Below are positions 1-8,481 of a DNA stretch of 20,000 nucleotides, in pieces. Source of the DNA: an uncultured virus (IMG/VR IMGVR_UViG_3300023110_001306). Its lineage: Duplodnaviria; Heunggongvirae; Uroviricota; Caudoviricetes. Position 1 is the stretch's first letter, and the number at the start of each line of letters is the position of its first letter. The stretch is from positions 57,991-77,990 of IMG/VR virus record IMGVR_UViG_3300023110_001306. One strand, 5' to 3'. The notes under the pieces were generated by a model. It was not told where the DNA came from. It searched no databases and saw only the letters and a program-made list of their open reading frames with translations. The position numbers were made by a program, and so were the translations under genes.

Positions 1-338
1 CTAAGAGTAACATATCGTTTAACATTCTTAGTGTTCTTAATATGATCCGCGGCACGTAATACCATGTCACGCCCTGCACCTTTTGCATAACTCCATACTG
101 TATAGAATATTGCAATATCACCATCAACTGTACTAAACTCTGTTAGTTCTTGTTCATTAGTTGGAACTTTGTTTGCATAGGCAACACAAATAACCGCTTG
201 TATTACACTATCTTCGTTTTCGAGTGCATAAACTTCTCTACCATTACTAATTCGATATGCTAACGGTAAGTGGCCTCGAACAGGATCGTCGGAACAGTGA
301 CCAATGTTCCAGTCATCTTGAATTTGAATTAATTCCAT
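1..338 (-). CDS. Phage hypothetical protein, possibly GNAT-like fold; 3' end truncated by window edge
   Basis: Manually translated: MELIQIQDDWNIGHCSDDPVRGHLPLAYRISNGREVYALE...IAIFYTVWSYAKGAGRDMV... open to position 1. ATG overlaps the upstream TAA (TAATG). KGAGR resembles an acetyl-CoA-binding loop. Confidence 0.7.
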   Translation of the reverse strand, partial: MELIQIQDDWNIGHCSDDPVRGHLPLAYRISNGREVYALENEDSVIQAVICVAYANKVPTNEQELTEFSTVDGDIAIFYTVWSYAKGAGRDMVLRAADHIKNTKNVKRYVTL

Positions 339-982
339 TATTTGATTCCTAATATCAGTTTGACCCTGCGTAAATCACTTTCTGGATTGCACACAGGAAT
401 TCTATTGTACTTTTCGTAGTACTTAACCATCAAAGCCATCTCATGATCTTTGACCTGACTGCTATGCATTGGCAAGTATGCTTGATAGCAATGATCGATA
501 TCTGCTTTATCAAAGTTTTCTTTAAATGCTGTACCACAACCGTAAGGCGAAAGCCTTTCGTTTCGTACTGTGCCTTTAAAGTCTGTACGGCGACCGAGCA
601 TACAATTACGTGTTACTGCTCTACTTTCGCCAATATAAATTACACCTTCATGTAGGAAGTCTGCAGGACCAGTTGGAGGACCGTCCTTATATAATCCGTA
701 AACATAACAACCAGCATCTTTTTTATCAAAACCCCAATTAGCACTCCAAGATTCGTCGATGTGATGCCATTTAGTAAACTCTAAACTCCAAGGGTCAACA
801 AGTGTCATTTCTTGGGTACTAAATGCATCTAGGCCACTAGTTGTGAAAACTTTCTTGAACGTATAACATAGTTCTTCAAGTTTATCTTCGTGTTGTGTAA
901 AAATGGACTCTAGTACTTCTTGTTTGAGTCCATGTCCTCCACTAGCCTTTGCAATGTTTTCTGCGAGTATCTTCGCTTTCAT
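338..982 (-). CDS. GIY-YIG nuclease-superfamily protein
   Basis: GCYVY...VIYIGES motif pair, downstream Arg (LGRR), Glu in KDHEMAL helix and terminal P-x-C-N, in the GIY-YIG order. Confidence 0.6.
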   Translation of the reverse strand: MKAKILAENIAKASGGHGLKQEVLESIFTQHEDKLEELCYTFKKVFTTSGLDAFSTQEMTLVDPWSLEFTKWHHIDESWSANWGFDKKDAGCYVYGLYKDGPPTGPADFLHEGVIYIGESRAVTRNCMLGRRTDFKGTVRNERLSPYGCGTAFKENFDKADIDHCYQAYLPMHSSQVKDHEMALMVKYYEKYNRIPVCNPESDLRRVKLILGIK

Positions 983-990
983 GTTACACC

Positions 991-1188
991 TTACATCTTT
1001 GCTTCGCGTTCTTTACGAGCCTTGTTTGCTCTAGCAATACCACGCTTCTTGTCAAGTCTTTTTTGCTCACTTGGCTTAGTATAGTATTGACGTTCTTTAA
1101 GTTCAACTAGTAATCCGCTTTTTTTAATTTTACGTTTAAGTTGTCTTAATGCTTTTTCAACGTTATTATTTTTTACTATTACTTGCAT
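991..1188 (-). CDS. rpsU: Ribosomal protein bS21 (copy 1)
   Basis: 65 aa basic protein: V.V.NNNVEKALRQLKRK...G...ELKERQYYTKPSE; strong SD AGGAGG. Confidence 0.92.
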   Translation of the reverse strand: MQVIVKNNNVEKALRQLKRKIKKSGLLVELKERQYYTKPSEQKRLDKKRGIARANKARKEREAKM

Positions 1189-1204
1189 ACTCCTCCTTTC
1201 CGTG

Positions 1205-1426
1205 TTAATGGAGCGTTCTCATTGCTCCTTCATCATTTAAATCAATTCCAAAGTATTCTTCACAAATTGTAACGATACTTTCTGGAACTAAATCTTCTTC
1301 TTTACCTGCTGGTATATACAAGCCTTTCAAATCTCCATCAGCACTAATAATTAGTGCCCAGTCATCATCTTCCATGGCTTCACCAAGTTCAAAATATTCT
1401 TGGTTGTCTTGCATTGTACACTCCAT
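1205..1426 (-). CDS. Small acidic hypothetical protein
   Basis: 73 aa ORF fitting the operon; possible start at 1414 (MQDNQ) after GGAG. Confidence 0.7.
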   Translation of the reverse strand: MECTMQDNQEYFELGEAMEDDDWALIISADGDLKGLYIPAGKEEDLVPESIVTICEEYFGIDLNDEGAMRTLH

Positions 1427-1432
1427 AACTAA

Positions 1433-1460
1433 ATTATATACTATTACTATTTAATGTCAA
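1433..1460 (-). promoter_or_regulatory. Sigma70-type (early) promoter
   Basis: TTGACA-N16-TATAAT on the minus strand. Confidence 0.6.
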
Positions 1461-2251
1461 CCTATTTTTACATAATTGATCATTGTTTCGGGGTATTTGG
1501 TAATAAAGTTTTTACCGTGGCCTTTTACTTTGCCTTTTATTTTGAACGTAGTATCTACTTTTGGCAGTTGCTTAGTTTGATCAAAGTTTTTAAAGAAACT
1601 GACAAGGTTACCATCAAGTGATCCATTTAATACATGGCAACCGAAACGTTCTACAAAACGAATTTCATTAAGTGTAAACATACCAAACACTTGTTCACCA
1701 ATACGCCCAATGTGTTTACTTTCACTAAAGTCGTTTTTAATCTTTTTCTTTAGTTCTTTCTTTTCGAAACTATCAAAATATACTTTTGGAAGAACTGCTA
1801 CAACACCAAAGTCGGAACGTTTCAAAGTACTTTTAGTAATAGATTCAAGTAGTGACTTCATAAAGTCGTTTAACGAATCAGCAATTACGGCAAATGCGTT
1901 TTCTTTGTGCAAATACTCTACACTTTTACGAGCATTCTCACGGTCTTCATCAATTACTGTAATAGGCTGGAAGTCCGGAGGGTTCATACCGTACGGTGCT
2001 AATTGGCATAACATTGATTCTTTATTAGAGAAAAGTGTAGGATTGTCTTCTGAAAACCTACGTGTATCTCTATAATAGCCACCGTTGTGTCGATGTGTTG
2101 CAAATGCAACAGACAATACTTCTAGAGTATCGTATTCTTTTTTCTTTGTATTCGCCACGGGTTTTACCTTGCCTTCGTTTCTAAGTTCAAATGCTAGTTC
2201 TTGTGTTTTGAACTCTTTCTTTGTCATATCGCCTATCATTAGAAGCCTCAT
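1457..2251 (-). CDS. Phage hypothetical protein, possible C-terminal OB-fold
   Basis: 264 aa ORF (alternative start 2227); beta-rich C-terminus HIGRIGEQV...KIKGKVKGH...TMINYVKI. Confidence 0.7.
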   Translation of the reverse strand: MRLLMIGDMTKKEFKTQELAFELRNEGKVKPVANTKKKEYDTLEVLSVAFATHRHNGGYYRDTRRFSEDNPTLFSNKESMLCQLAPYGMNPPDFQPITVIDEDRENARKSVEYLHKENAFAVIADSLNDFMKSLLESITKSTLKRSDFGVVAVLPKVYFDSFEKKELKKKIKNDFSESKHIGRIGEQVFGMFTLNEIRFVERFGCHVLNGSLDGNLVSFFKNFDQTKQLPKVDTTFKIKGKVKGHGKNFITKYPETMINYVKIG

Positions 2252-2271
2252 TACCTAAGTGTTATAGTGTT

Positions 2272-2300
2272 ATAATAACACAAAGTATTATATTTGTCAA
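2272..2300 (-). promoter_or_regulatory. Sigma70-type (early) promoter
   Basis: TTGACA-N17-TATTAT on the minus strand. Confidence 0.65.
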
Positions 2301-2311
2301 CCAAAAAAATA

Positions 2312-2878
2312 TTAAAATATGTGATCTGCAATACCTAAATCAACCATTTGTTTGGCTGTGTAATATTGATCACTTGGGTTCTTAATAAATTTGTTACGTA
2401 CTTCTTGGATTGTCATTCCGCTGGCATCTTTTAATATTTGTAAACAACGCATTTCACAGTTTTGGTTTTCTTTCATCTGTGCTTTCATGTCGTGTACTTT
2501 GGCTTCCATTGAGTCGGAATGTTGATGATTCATTGAACCTGCATTTTTACCAACATAACGCTCACCCTGTTTGCCACTAGCAAAAATTAAAAAGCCAGCA
2601 CTCATAACAGCACCAATACCGATAGTGCTAATGTTATGATAACTGTTCTTCATTACATCAATCAAAGCAAATGCTTCGTATAGGTCTCCGCCATATGTGT
2701 TAATGTAAAGTTTAAGGGTACGTTTTGGTTTCTTGTTTAAGTTTGCAGAAAGAATCCATTTGATTGCTTCACCTACATTTTCACTAGCAATGTCGCCGTG
2801 CAGATAATGGATATCACTGTCCAACAGACTTTTATCAATGGCGTCACTTGCAGTCCAATTATCGTATTTTGTAGGCAT
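2312..2878 (-). CDS. clpP: ClpP-family serine protease (S14)
   Basis: LYINTYGGD, catalytic Ser in AVMSAG, His in MNHQ, Asp in DQYYTA, C-terminal GIADHI. Confidence 0.9.
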   Translation of the reverse strand: MPTKYDNWTASDAIDKSLLDSDIHYLHGDIASENVGEAIKWILSANLNKKPKRTLKLYINTYGGDLYEAFALIDVMKNSYHNISTIGIGAVMSAGFLIFASGKQGERYVGKNAGSMNHQHSDSMEAKVHDMKAQMKENQNCEMRCLQILKDASGMTIQEVRNKFIKNPSDQYYTAKQMVDLGIADHIF

Positions 2879-2907
2879 ATTTTATTCTATTAGTTATGTA
2901 CGTATAT

Positions 2908-3384
2908 TTATTCGATTGCCCAGGCTTTGTGACCAAGATCGTTTTGCTCGGCCCATCTAACAAATAGGCCTATTTCACGACCCATTGCTTCAATTTCCCA
3001 TGGATAATCCCAGTAACTCATTTTGTCACGGTTGTATTCTACTCCGTCAAATTTAACATATTGACGTCCTTTCATCAGATCCTTCATTTGACCTGTTGCG
3101 AACTGTTTGACGTGTACCATTTCGTGACACACTGATTCTAGTGCTTTACGTAGTGGTTGTGATTTGTCAATTTCTATAGTAAATTCCTTAGGACGAGTAT
3201 TATCATCTTCCCACATACAAGTACCGCACTCGTTGTGTTTTTCATACATATCTTTTGTGTATCGTACTGTAACTTCTAGTGAGTTTGTCATTCGCTTAGA
3301 CATAAGCATATATGCACAGAAATGAACTAGGCTTTCTGTGTATTTCTTTTGACTGCGATTAGCATTTACTACGGTAACTTGCAC
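2908..3384 (-). CDS. HExxH zinc metallopeptidase-like phage protein
   Basis: CHEMVHVKQ motif with downstream PWEIEA providing a likely third-ligand Glu. Confidence 0.75.
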   Translation of the reverse strand: MQVTVVNANRSQKKYTESLVHFCAYMLMSKRMTNSLEVTVRYTKDMYEKHNECGTCMWEDDNTRPKEFTIEIDKSQPLRKALESVCHEMVHVKQFATGQMKDLMKGRQYVKFDGVEYNRDKMSYWDYPWEIEAMGREIGLFVRWAEQNDLGHKAWAIE

Positions 3385-3386
3385 TA

Positions 3387-3581
3387 TTACTTTTCCTCTT
3401 GTTTAGTGTATGCACTTCTGTCTTGTGAAACCAGATAACAATCGGCTTGTATCTGTGCAATTAGATTATCAATTTCTAAATTTGAACCCTTGACTGCACC
3501 ATATTTTAGTTCTCTTAATCTGTCGGCATCTTTTTTAATACCATCAATCTTGTCGCACATTTGGCTAATTTTATGAAGCAT
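3387..3581 (-). CDS. Small helical hypothetical protein
   Basis: 64 aa ORF with strong SD (AAGGAGG) directly downstream of a promoter. Confidence 0.75.
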   Translation of the reverse strand: MLHKISQMCDKIDGIKKDADRLRELKYGAVKGSNLEIDNLIAQIQADCYLVSQDRSAYTKQEEK

Positions 3582-3603
3582 TGATCCCTCCTTATTTTTA
3601 AAC

Positions 3604-3649
3604 TATAAATAGTTTAACAGAACGAAAGGCAAAAGTCAAGTGGAAATTT
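3604..3649. promoter_or_regulatory. Overlapping divergent promoters: minus-strand sigma70-type and plus-strand T4-like late motif
   Basis: Minus: TTGACT(3634-3639)-N17-TAAACT(3611-3616). Plus: TATAAATA at 3604-3611. Confidence 0.6.
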
Positions 3650-4002
3650 TCCTATTTTTAATGATAAAACACGCTATTGTTGACCTTGGTTTTCAACCAT
3701 TTGGTCTCGGTAGTTCCAAAAAATATTATTTTGGTTGGCCCGCTCACAAACAACATTATGTCCCACACGGACTCTTAACCGTGCTTGTAATGGCGTCTTA
3801 CACGCACATAAACGTCGCTGTAGCGTTGGGAATACTAGATTATATACTACACTGGCATACAGACTTTACTAAGACTAAAATACGTAATTATTTTGAATGG
3901 ACTAGCAAAGACAGACAGTTTTGGATTTTGAATGCTGTAGATCAAATACTACACTTTACTGGATACTATATAATTGTGTTGATTGCTACTTCACAAATTT
4001 AA
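3640..4002 (+). CDS. DUF3307-family membrane protein
   Basis: KHAIVDLGFQ...HYVPHG...HWHTDFTK...DQILH His/Asp pattern in hydrophobic helices; the only credible plus-strand gene. Confidence 0.8.
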   Translation: MEIFLFLMIKHAIVDLGFQPFGLGSSKKYYFGWPAHKQHYVPHGLLTVLVMASYTHINVAVALGILDYILHWHTDFTKTKIRNYFEWTSKDRQFWILNAVDQILHFTGYYIIVLIATSQI

Positions 4003-5353
4003 ACGCAAACTTACCGCCAATACGTGAACTATAATAATTCTTAGAACCATCTAGTGCAACAGTACCTTGGAAGTTTGGAGGGTAAACAGCCTGGAAGCCA
4101 GTTACACGAATGTCGTCACCCTTCTTACCAACTTTGGTATAAAGTTGTATAATACTTGCTGTGTTTAATAATGAAATTGCTTCTGTAGAAAATTTTGGAT
4201 TTTCGTTTACCTTGAGTGCAACCTTTTTAGCCAACGCACTTGTGATAGCATATCCGGTATTAAACCCTTGAACAGTCATATCAAAGTTAACACCTTCAAC
4301 CATTTTAGTTGCTTCGTCACTCATGTTTTCAAAGTCTTGTTTACCTTGCTTCATATACTCGTCTGCTTCTTTTCTTAGTGCAGGAGTTGATAACTGAAAC
4401 TTTTCGCCTAAATCAAAAGGTGCTTCTTTTGCACTCTTAGTTGCAATAGTTGTAACTATGTCTGCAACAAACTTTGTATTTGACATTAGTTCGGCATTGT
4501 CTTTGTTCTTTTGTAAAGAGTCATACAAGTTCTTTGCACTAGCAGATGCACCAGCGCCACCTTTAGAACTAATACCAATCTCTTTGCCGTCTGGAGCAAG
4601 GAACACGCTATCGACTAAGTTGTAGTTCATTGCCATAGGCCAAAAGATATTAAGGTCTTTCCAGTTAGCGCCACCGGCTAACTCTTGTCTTGCCTGTTCG
4701 GCGTCACCTTGTACAAGGCCACCCATCATAGCAACCGGACCCATAATTTCACCAAAGTAATCTCTAATAGATTCTAGTTTTTCAATCTGCCCTGGGAACT
4801 CAGGCATTTGTCCATTAGATGCTGATTCAAGTGCAGTTACAAGAACTTCACCTTCCTGGCCAGCATTAGTTCTTACAGTTTGAATAATCTGTTCTGGACC
4901 TTTAAATTTGTTTTGAGATTTAATTAGTGTTTGTGGATCTAAACCAGTATCAATCTTTAACGCACCCTTGGTACCTAATTTCCAACCTGATGGAATTTGA
5001 CTGTTACCCCAAACACCCATTAGGTCTGCACCTACTTGTCTAAGATATCTACCCCAGTAAATGTCTTTACCATCGCTAGTTCTAATCTGTGCAATACCAA
5101 ATGCTAGTGTTCCTGCGTTAGCAGTATTAACCCATTCAATTTTAGCATTGTTATTTTTTTCAAACTCTGCAATGGCTTCGTCACGTTCTTCTGCTGTAGC
5201 AAATTTACCACCTTGTGAAAGATCTGGAATTGCAATCGCTTGTACGAACTCTGCCTTTTCGCCATTGTCGTGGATATATGGCTCTCCAGGTTTACGCCCG
5301 AAAATGCCTTTAGACTCTATTACTTGTGTTTGTTTAAATTCGAAAAACCTCAT
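3986..5353 (-). CDS. Large hypothetical protein, possible PD-(D/E)xK-like nuclease domain, possibly virion-packaged
   Basis: 455 aa ORF; NYNLVDSVF...EIGISSKGG resembles a D...ISxK core; ATAAATA late-type motif just upstream of the ATG. Confidence 0.6.
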   Translation of the reverse strand: MRFFEFKQTQVIESKGIFGRKPGEPYIHDNGEKAEFVQAIAIPDLSQGGKFATAEERDEAIAEFEKNNNAKIEWVNTANAGTLAFGIAQIRTSDGKDIYWGRYLRQVGADLMGVWGNSQIPSGWKLGTKGALKIDTGLDPQTLIKSQNKFKGPEQIIQTVRTNAGQEGEVLVTALESASNGQMPEFPGQIEKLESIRDYFGEIMGPVAMMGGLVQGDAEQARQELAGGANWKDLNIFWPMAMNYNLVDSVFLAPDGKEIGISSKGGAGASASAKNLYDSLQKNKDNAELMSNTKFVADIVTTIATKSAKEAPFDLGEKFQLSTPALRKEADEYMKQGKQDFENMSDEATKMVEGVNFDMTVQGFNTGYAITSALAKKVALKVNENPKFSTEAISLLNTASIIQLYTKVGKKGDDIRVTGFQAVYPPNFQGTVALDGSKNYYSSRIGGKFAFKFVK

Positions 5354-5364
5354 AGCACTAGTAT

Positions 5365-6060
5365 TTATGCTATTTTTGGAAATAATGCGTTAGTGCAGAA
5401 TTCGTCAACATCTGCTTCATTAAGTCCTAATGACTTCATAACTCTAGGTGTATGTGGATTTTGTTGCTGGTTATGGCAGTAGTAGTTTTGAGCACCTGCT
5501 GTAATATCTACACTAGCATTGCCTGTATACTCAGGAACACTATCAAACCATACACGCAGGTTTTCTAAAGCAAGATCTACAATAGCAGTTGCTTCTTCTT
5601 CTGTGCGAACATTACCTGCGGCAACCATTCCTGGTGAAAAGATGTTCTGTGCCCATTCGGGTAGTTCACGTTGTTTACTAGGAATAAAATCTTTAACAGC
5701 ATCTAAGTACCATTCTACAAGAGGATGTTCTTCACCGCCTGAACTTGCTGAAAAATCATGAAATGCACCTGTCATTTTATTCTTACCTGCAATAACATCA
5801 AAGCCGTAAATAGGACCATCATTTGATAACACAGGAAAACAACATACGTGCATCATCCACAGTCCGTGCGAGTCTCTTGCGTCTACAACATCAATGTGTG
5901 CTCTGCGTACATGATCATTTGCCCATACTCTGTTGATCCAACCGTTCTCAGGCTGATTAAATTTGTTTAATCCTTTTTCTTCTATTTCAGTGGCTTTCTC
6001 ATCAAAGATGTTTAATATTTCATTTTGGCATTCAATTAGTTTATCCCAAATGACACTCAT
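5365..6060 (-). CDS. pcyX: Ferredoxin-dependent bilin reductase, PcyX/PcyA type
   Basis: RRAHIDVVD...WMMHVCCFP...PIYGFDVIAG...AFHDFS...QNYYCHNQQQNPHTPRVM. His and Asp match the PcyA H88/D105 positions, but Asp replaces PcyA E76 (HID vs HLE), as in phage PcyX. Start placed at 6060 (ATGA overlap). Confidence 0.85.
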   Translation of the reverse strand: MSVIWDKLIECQNEILNIFDEKATEIEEKGLNKFNQPENGWINRVWANDHVRRAHIDVVDARDSHGLWMMHVCCFPVLSNDGPIYGFDVIAGKNKMTGAFHDFSASSGGEEHPLVEWYLDAVKDFIPSKQRELPEWAQNIFSPGMVAAGNVRTEEEATAIVDLALENLRVWFDSVPEYTGNASVDITAGAQNYYCHNQQQNPHTPRVMKSLGLNEADVDEFCTNALFPKIA

Positions 6061-7577
6061 GATCTGTTTCCCCAATCTCTATTATACATACCAGGTGTTG
6101 TCCAATCAACATCGTCTTTGTTCATCTTTTCTAAAAGTTCCATGGCTTTGTCTTTTTCTAATCCTGGTGATGCTGTTTTAATTCCTGTTGTGTTAAGCCA
6201 TAGTTTCCAATTCATCTCAGCAAAGATTTCTGTATTACGGGGGAAAAACTGATAGTCATCGTCCCACATAACTGTAGGTGTATAGTTATGTTTAAAGTTT
6301 GTTGCAATCTCTGTAAGTTTATCTGTTTCCTTAAAGTTTTTATAAACGTGTTCCCAAAACTTACCTTTACGTGGATTATTAAAATAATGTAGTGCTACAA
6401 AGTTCATAGTATCTTCATAGACTGCTGTCATATCTTCGTTAAACTTTAATCTATCTTCTTCAGTATAACTTAGTTTTTCTAAAACTTTTAGGCCACTAGC
6501 ACCAATTGTAAGTAATGCAAGTCCTGTTGATTCTAACGGTTCAATAAATCCACTAGCAAGTCCTACACTAAAACAGTTGCCTCTCCAGTTGTTTGCATTA
6601 TATTCTGGCTTGAAAGGAACATGATTAAACTGTCCTGTTCTTAGTCTGTGTTCACCCCAATGCTGTACAAAGAAATCTTCTGCTTCTTGTTTAGTGGTAA
6701 GTTCACTGTTGTAACATAGTCCACTACCAATACGATCTTTAACAGGTGTTTTCCAAATCCAACCTAGGTCACACGCCTGTGCAGTAACGTATGGAAGTTG
6801 TACTTCATCTTCTGTTTCGTAATCTATTTGACTTGCTACTGCGGCATTAGTAAACAGCATATGACTTCTGTCAATCCATTTACTGTCGGGCAATGCATTT
6901 GAAAGTAAACGTTTAAAGCCAGTACAGTCTACAAAAAAATCTGCTGTAACTTTTGTACCGTCATCTAATGTTACATATTCAATAACACCATCAGTAACCT
7001 TTGGAGCATCAATGTGTTTTTGAATATGTGTTAGTCTTGGATACTTCTTATTAAGATAATCAGATAAGAAGTTTGCTAGTTTAACAGCATCTAAATGATA
7101 TCCTACATGAGCAGTACCACCGCAAGGTGTTGTGTTATTTGGAATCTTTTTATCTACAACAGAAACTTTATGCCAAGCAATATATTTTTCTAATTCAACC
7201 TCATTAATGCCGCCGTCACGAGCAAGGTCAATGCTATCAAGTGTTCCGTGTTCTGTATGTGTTACAGGAAAAAAGAATGGTTGCCAAATGTTAATGCCGT
7301 CGCCCTTCCAGTTTGGAAAGTAAGTCCCTGTTTTAATAGTTGCGTCACAAGCCTTTGTCCATAGTTCTCTAGGAATATTACAATCGTCTAAAAAATGATC
7401 AAACCCTAAAATAGTTGCTTCACCTACGCCAACAATAGGAACATTAGGACTTTCAATAAGTGTGATTTGTGTTTCGGGTAAGTTTGATAATGCATAAGCG
7501 GCCGTAAGCCAACCAGCACTTCCTCCACCTACAATACAAATGGACCTAGCACGGCTACGACCTACTACTTCAGTCAT
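6057..7577 (-). CDS. Flavin-dependent halogenase, tryptophan halogenase (PrnA-like) family
   Basis: GGGSAG FAD motif, VGVGEAT, ATIKTG (PrnA K79-equivalent), YHLDA, FFVDCTGF, GWIWKTP (WxWxIP variant), GFIEPLESTG. Confidence 0.9.
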   Translation of the reverse strand: MTEVVGRSRARSICIVGGGSAGWLTAAYALSNLPETQITLIESPNVPIVGVGEATILGFDHFLDDCNIPRELWTKACDATIKTGTYFPNWKGDGINIWQPFFFPVTHTEHGTLDSIDLARDGGINEVELEKYIAWHKVSVVDKKIPNNTTPCGGTAHVGYHLDAVKLANFLSDYLNKKYPRLTHIQKHIDAPKVTDGVIEYVTLDDGTKVTADFFVDCTGFKRLLSNALPDSKWIDRSHMLFTNAAVASQIDYETEDEVQLPYVTAQACDLGWIWKTPVKDRIGSGLCYNSELTTKQEAEDFFVQHWGEHRLRTGQFNHVPFKPEYNANNWRGNCFSVGLASGFIEPLESTGLALLTIGASGLKVLEKLSYTEEDRLKFNEDMTAVYEDTMNFVALHYFNNPRKGKFWEHVYKNFKETDKLTEIATNFKHNYTPTVMWDDDYQFFPRNTEIFAEMNWKLWLNTTGIKTASPGLEKDKAMELLEKMNKDDVDWTTPGMYNRDWGNRS

Positions 7578-8109
7578 TATCGACCTCCATCATTTCTTTG
7601 AATGTTTCTGTAGCAAAGTCAAAACATATCTTTGCTTCTTCAGCCATATCATCGTTCAACTGTTCTCTTATGGCTGTTTTCAGTTCGTCAACAGGAGCAT
7701 CAAATTGATACAATCTTCCTTCTCCTGGAATTTTCTTTTTAATCATTTGTCCACCGCTTAGGTCACCCATGTGTCTAACATATACGTGAGCCATGACTTT
7801 ATCTGGATCTCCCATAATTGTTCTCATATGTTCTAGATACTTTTCTGTTACTTTTAAAGTTTTAGGCATTTCTTGTTTAGGCCATAACTCTTTAAAATCA
7901 TCTAGTATGCTCGGGGAACGTCTAATAGCAGGATGAGGCAATAAGCCATGTGTCATTGCTATTGCTTCTAAAATATTGTATTGAATATGTTGATTATATA
8001 AAAATGTTGCATAAAGTTCTTTGTCAATTTTACCTGACATTAAAACTTTTACAAATGCTTGGCGTTCTGCGTTCTTATGGTGTTCCCACGTTGCTTCTTT
8101 TAAGTTCAT
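7570..8109 (-). CDS. hemO: Heme oxygenase (biliverdin-producing)
   Basis: LKEATWEHHKNAE proximal His helix; AHVYVRHMGDLSGGQ distal helix motif. Confidence 0.93.
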   Translation of the reverse strand: MNLKEATWEHHKNAERQAFVKVLMSGKIDKELYATFLYNQHIQYNILEAIAMTHGLLPHPAIRRSPSILDDFKELWPKQEMPKTLKVTEKYLEHMRTIMGDPDKVMAHVYVRHMGDLSGGQMIKKKIPGEGRLYQFDAPVDELKTAIREQLNDDMAEEAKICFDFATETFKEMMEVDND

Positions 8110-8414
8110 TCTTTTTCCACTTTGATCTGCAATGGGAATCCGTTTGCTCTGCTCAAAGTGGTTGCTTCTACGCTTTTTTGTTCTGCAATTTCAAATGCGT
8201 AAACGCCAACTACTGCACTTCCATCTTCATGAATTTGTAGAGTTAGATTTTTTGCTGTGTCAACAGAATGCTTAAAAGTAGTTACTAGCACATCGATCAC
8301 GAAATCCATTGGTGTTTGGTCATCATTAATAAAAATAACTGAGTACCTTTCGGGCTCAGCAATTTTTATCTTAATCTTTTCGTCAATTTGTACATCCATA
8401 TTATTACTTATCAT
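8106..8414 (-). CDS. clpS: ClpS N-degron adaptor
   Basis: YSVIFINDDQTPMDFVIDVL...QIHEDGSAVVG...EIAEQK...GFPL. Start moved to ATG 8414 after AGGAG; the longer ORF-track start overlaps hsp20. Confidence 0.92.
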   Translation of the reverse strand: MISNNMDVQIDEKIKIKIAEPERYSVIFINDDQTPMDFVIDVLVTTFKHSVDTAKNLTLQIHEDGSAVVGVYAFEIAEQKSVEATTLSRANGFPLQIKVEKE

Positions 8415-8440
8415 TGTATGATCTCCTACCAGTAAATAAT

Positions 8441-8466
8441 GATAGTGGGGATTGCTCCCCACTACC
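8441..8466 (-). terminator. Stem-loop after hsp20 (terminator or RNA processing/stability hairpin)
   Basis: GGTAGTGGGGA-GCAA-TCCCCACTATC, GNRA loop, followed only by a weak U-tract (ATTATTT). Confidence 0.6.
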
Positions 8467-8481
8467 GACCTTTTAAGTGTA

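Noticed and set aside
5365..8109. Cyanophage ho1-pcyA or ho1-pebS photosynthesis cassette
   Set aside because: Reductase has PcyX-type residues, there are no photosynthesis genes in the window, and DnaK/Hsp20 look proteobacterial
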